From contig DFUR01000013.1 in assembly GCA_002380425.1 (NCBI GenBank), forward strand, positions 554 through 64,553: 64,000 nucleotides of DNA, given 5' to 3'. Made by a program: the position numbers and the translations under genes. The notes beneath the pieces are model-generated. The model was not told the origin of the DNA. It made no database searches and saw only the letters and a list, made by a program, of their open reading frames with translations. Source of the DNA: Bacteroidales bacterium UBA4181. Its GTDB lineage: Bacteria > Bacteroidota > Bacteroidia > Bacteroidales > UBA4181. How positions within the stretch are numbered: position 1 is the first letter of the stretch; the number at the start of each line of letters is the position of its first letter. Positions 62,574 to 64,000 of the stretch are shown piece after piece.

Positions 62574-63536
62574 TTATCGTTTAACAAATTTATAAACAGC
62601 ATTTTGTGTTTCTCTGTGGGTAGCTCCGAGCCATTCTTCCCAAAAAATACGGTACCCTTCGCACCACTTTTGCAGCAACTCTTCGACCGTGAAGGCCCCG
62701 GTGCTGCGGTTCTTGCACTCAGATTGGGTCAGGTTGCAGGGCACATTCACATAGGGGGTTCTGGAAAAACAGATGCCTTTGCGATGATCAAAAACGGGCA
62801 GGAATAGCTGAAGGTTTCCTTCCAGGCTGTTGGGGGCTTTGTAGGATGTACGGCGGATGTAATGCAGTATCTCCGCGCGATGGAAAAGAGTGCCGTCAAG
62901 GGACAGGGGATAGCTCCATTCCGGGGCATCGGTTGCCTGATACCAGTACCAGGAATGCATCCCCGGATATTCTTCGACCAATGGTGGAAGTATTTGTGGG
63001 CAATTCTTTGTAAAACAGAATGTATTATCGAGGCCTTTAGTGAGCGTAGGCAGGGCTTTGAGCGGGTTGAACCGAAGAAAATCGCGCAGATCAATACGCT
63101 GAATGAACAGGGCATCATCGGTCATGAAGAATAGTTTCTGCACACTCAGCCGCTCCATCAGCTCCTCCAGTTGCGGTTTGAAATCGGTCTCCCGGTGAAA
63201 GGTCACCGGATGCTCCCGGAACAACTCCTGAAGGTCCTGATAGGAGCGTTCGTGCTCAGGCGTGCAGGTGAACAGGATGTGCAGGGGTACGGGATGGGTT
63301 ACATGGTTAAAGTAGCTGCTGAGCAGGGCGTGGAGCTGGATGGCCCGGTTTCTGGAAAACACAATAGCAGCACAGGAAAAGTCCTGGTCTGTTTCCTCCA
63401 TGTCCGCCTGCAGGGATGTGTGGTAGTCCAGCAGGGCTCCGATGAGTTGATCCTTGCGGCTGAGCTCGTAGCGGAACACCGGGCGCAAAAGAGCAAGAAT
63501 TTGCCTTCGGAGCAGGGAGCGTAGTTTATTCTTCAT
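62574..63536 (-). CDS. Uncharacterised protein (possible GT-A-like transferase)
   Basis: 320 aa. The cues are 'CAAIVFSRNRAIQLHALLSS' and a DxD-like 'LFFMTDDALF'. It sits between a GT2 gene and a flippase-like gene. Confidence 0.3.
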   Translation of the reverse strand: MKNKLRSLLRRQILALLRPVFRYELSRKDQLIGALLDYHTSLQADMEETDQDFSCAAIVFSRNRAIQLHALLSSYFNHVTHPVPLHILFTCTPEHERSYQDLQELFREHPVTFHRETDFKPQLEELMERLSVQKLFFMTDDALFIQRIDLRDFLRFNPLKALPTLTKGLDNTFCFTKNCPQILPPLVEEYPGMHSWYWYQATDAPEWSYPLSLDGTLFHRAEILHYIRRTSYKAPNSLEGNLQLFLPVFDHRKGICFSRTPYVNVPCNLTQSECKNRSTGAFTVEELLQKWCEGYRIFWEEWLGATHRETQNAVYKFVKR

Positions 63537-63538
63537 GG

Positions 63539-64000
63539 CTATATGAATTTTTTACTCATCCCCCTGGTGACCATCCGGAAAGTGATCACCGCCAGAATCA
63601 GCAGATACAGGACGTTCGACACCACATAGCCTATCATCAGGGCCTCGATGCCCGAGGATGCCAGCAGGAGTTTGGATATCACATAATAGGAGCTTCCGCA
63701 GGCAATCTCGGCCACAAGGTAGGCATAGGTCCGGCCACGGGCGATGAGCAGGTAGCTGAGGACATAACCGGCTCCTTTGAACAAGTCCCCGCAAACCTGG
63801 TACTTCACCAGCGGGGTTGCGGTGAGGAACTCAGCCTTGAAAAACAGGGGAATCAGTATGGATTTGAGGAGCATAAAGCCGGTGCCCCCGATGACCACAA
63901 AGCCTACGATGACAGTCAGGGTGCGGCGCAGCAGCAGCCCCAGCTTTTCGGGGTCGGGCTCAGCAGCGAACTTGGGCAGGAAATACAACCCAATGATTCC
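63539..64000 (-). CDS. wzx: Wzx-type (MOP/MATE-like) polysaccharide flippase, C-terminal part; the N-terminus lies beyond the right window edge
   Basis: The frame stays open to position 64000 (GIIGLYFLPKF...). At least four hydrophobic helices are visible ('TLTVIVGFVVIGGTGFMLL', 'YVLSYLLIARG', 'LVAEIACGSSYYVI', 'VVSNVLYLLILAVITF'), which is typical of flippase C-termini. Confidence 0.6.
   Translation of the reverse strand, partial: GIIGLYFLPKFAAEPDPEKLGLLLRRTLTVIVGFVVIGGTGFMLLKSILIPLFFKAEFLTATPLVKYQVCGDLFKGAGYVLSYLLIARGRTYAYLVAEIACGSSYYVISKLLLASSGIEALMIGYVVSNVLYLLILAVITFRMVTRGMSKKFI

Noticed and set aside
1-64000. A search for tRNA/rRNA genes, CRISPR arrays, transposases, integrases, phage genes or toxin-antitoxin/defence modules.
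   Set aside because: None was recognised. All intergenic gaps are shorter than 190 nt and lack cloverleaf-like or repeat-spacer structure, and no ORF shows DDE, tyrosine-recombinase or serine-recombinase motifs. The AAA_14/DUF4143 ATPase is the only gene with a loosely 'accessory' flavour, and on its own it does not constitute a defence system.

Overview
Nearly the whole 64-kb window is one very large cell-surface glycan (capsule / O-antigen type) biosynthesis region. The genome looks moderately GC-rich and Bacteroidota-like, based on a UpxY/NusG-like antiterminator, a lipoprotein Wza and several TAnnTTTG -7-type boxes; this taxon call is inference only. A divergent operon pair at the left edge (1..2874 minus; 2969 onward plus) opens into 46 co-directional plus-strand ORFs (2969..52587). 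From 9810 onward, no intergenic gap in this array exceeds about 40 nt, and many genes are joined by ATGA/TGATG start-stop overlaps. Contents of the array:
- an acyl/aminoacyl tailoring cassette (ATP-grasp, GNAT, PaaK-like ligase, two NeuD/PglD-like acyltransferases, CapA-like protein)
- rfbA/rfbB
- a wHTH regulator, wza and wzc
- gmd, wzm and wzt
- two DegT-type aminotransferases
- a 2,3-dehydratase / 3-ketoreductase / 4-ketoreductase trio for a dTDP-2,6-dideoxyhexose
- a GtrB-like plus GT-C module
- an AsnB-type amidotransferase and a CE4 deacetylase
- a GT2-GT10 fusion and a second fucosyltransferase-like protein
- a Wzy-like membrane protein and more than 20 glycosyltransferase-like ORFs

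A convergent wecA-like initiating transferase closes the array. Downstream lie an apparently orphan upxY, an AT-richer AAA ATPase gene, and rfbC/rfbD on the opposite strand. Four housekeeping genes follow (tandem USP, TP-methylase, RluB-like pseudouridine synthase with a repeat-rich N-terminus, TrmN6-like methyltransferase). The window ends with a second minus-strand glycan block (GT2, unknown ORF, Wzx-like flippase) that runs off the right edge. I recognised no rRNA, tRNA, CRISPR array, transposase or integrase. All functional calls come from motif reading of the translated ORFs, since no database search was possible.
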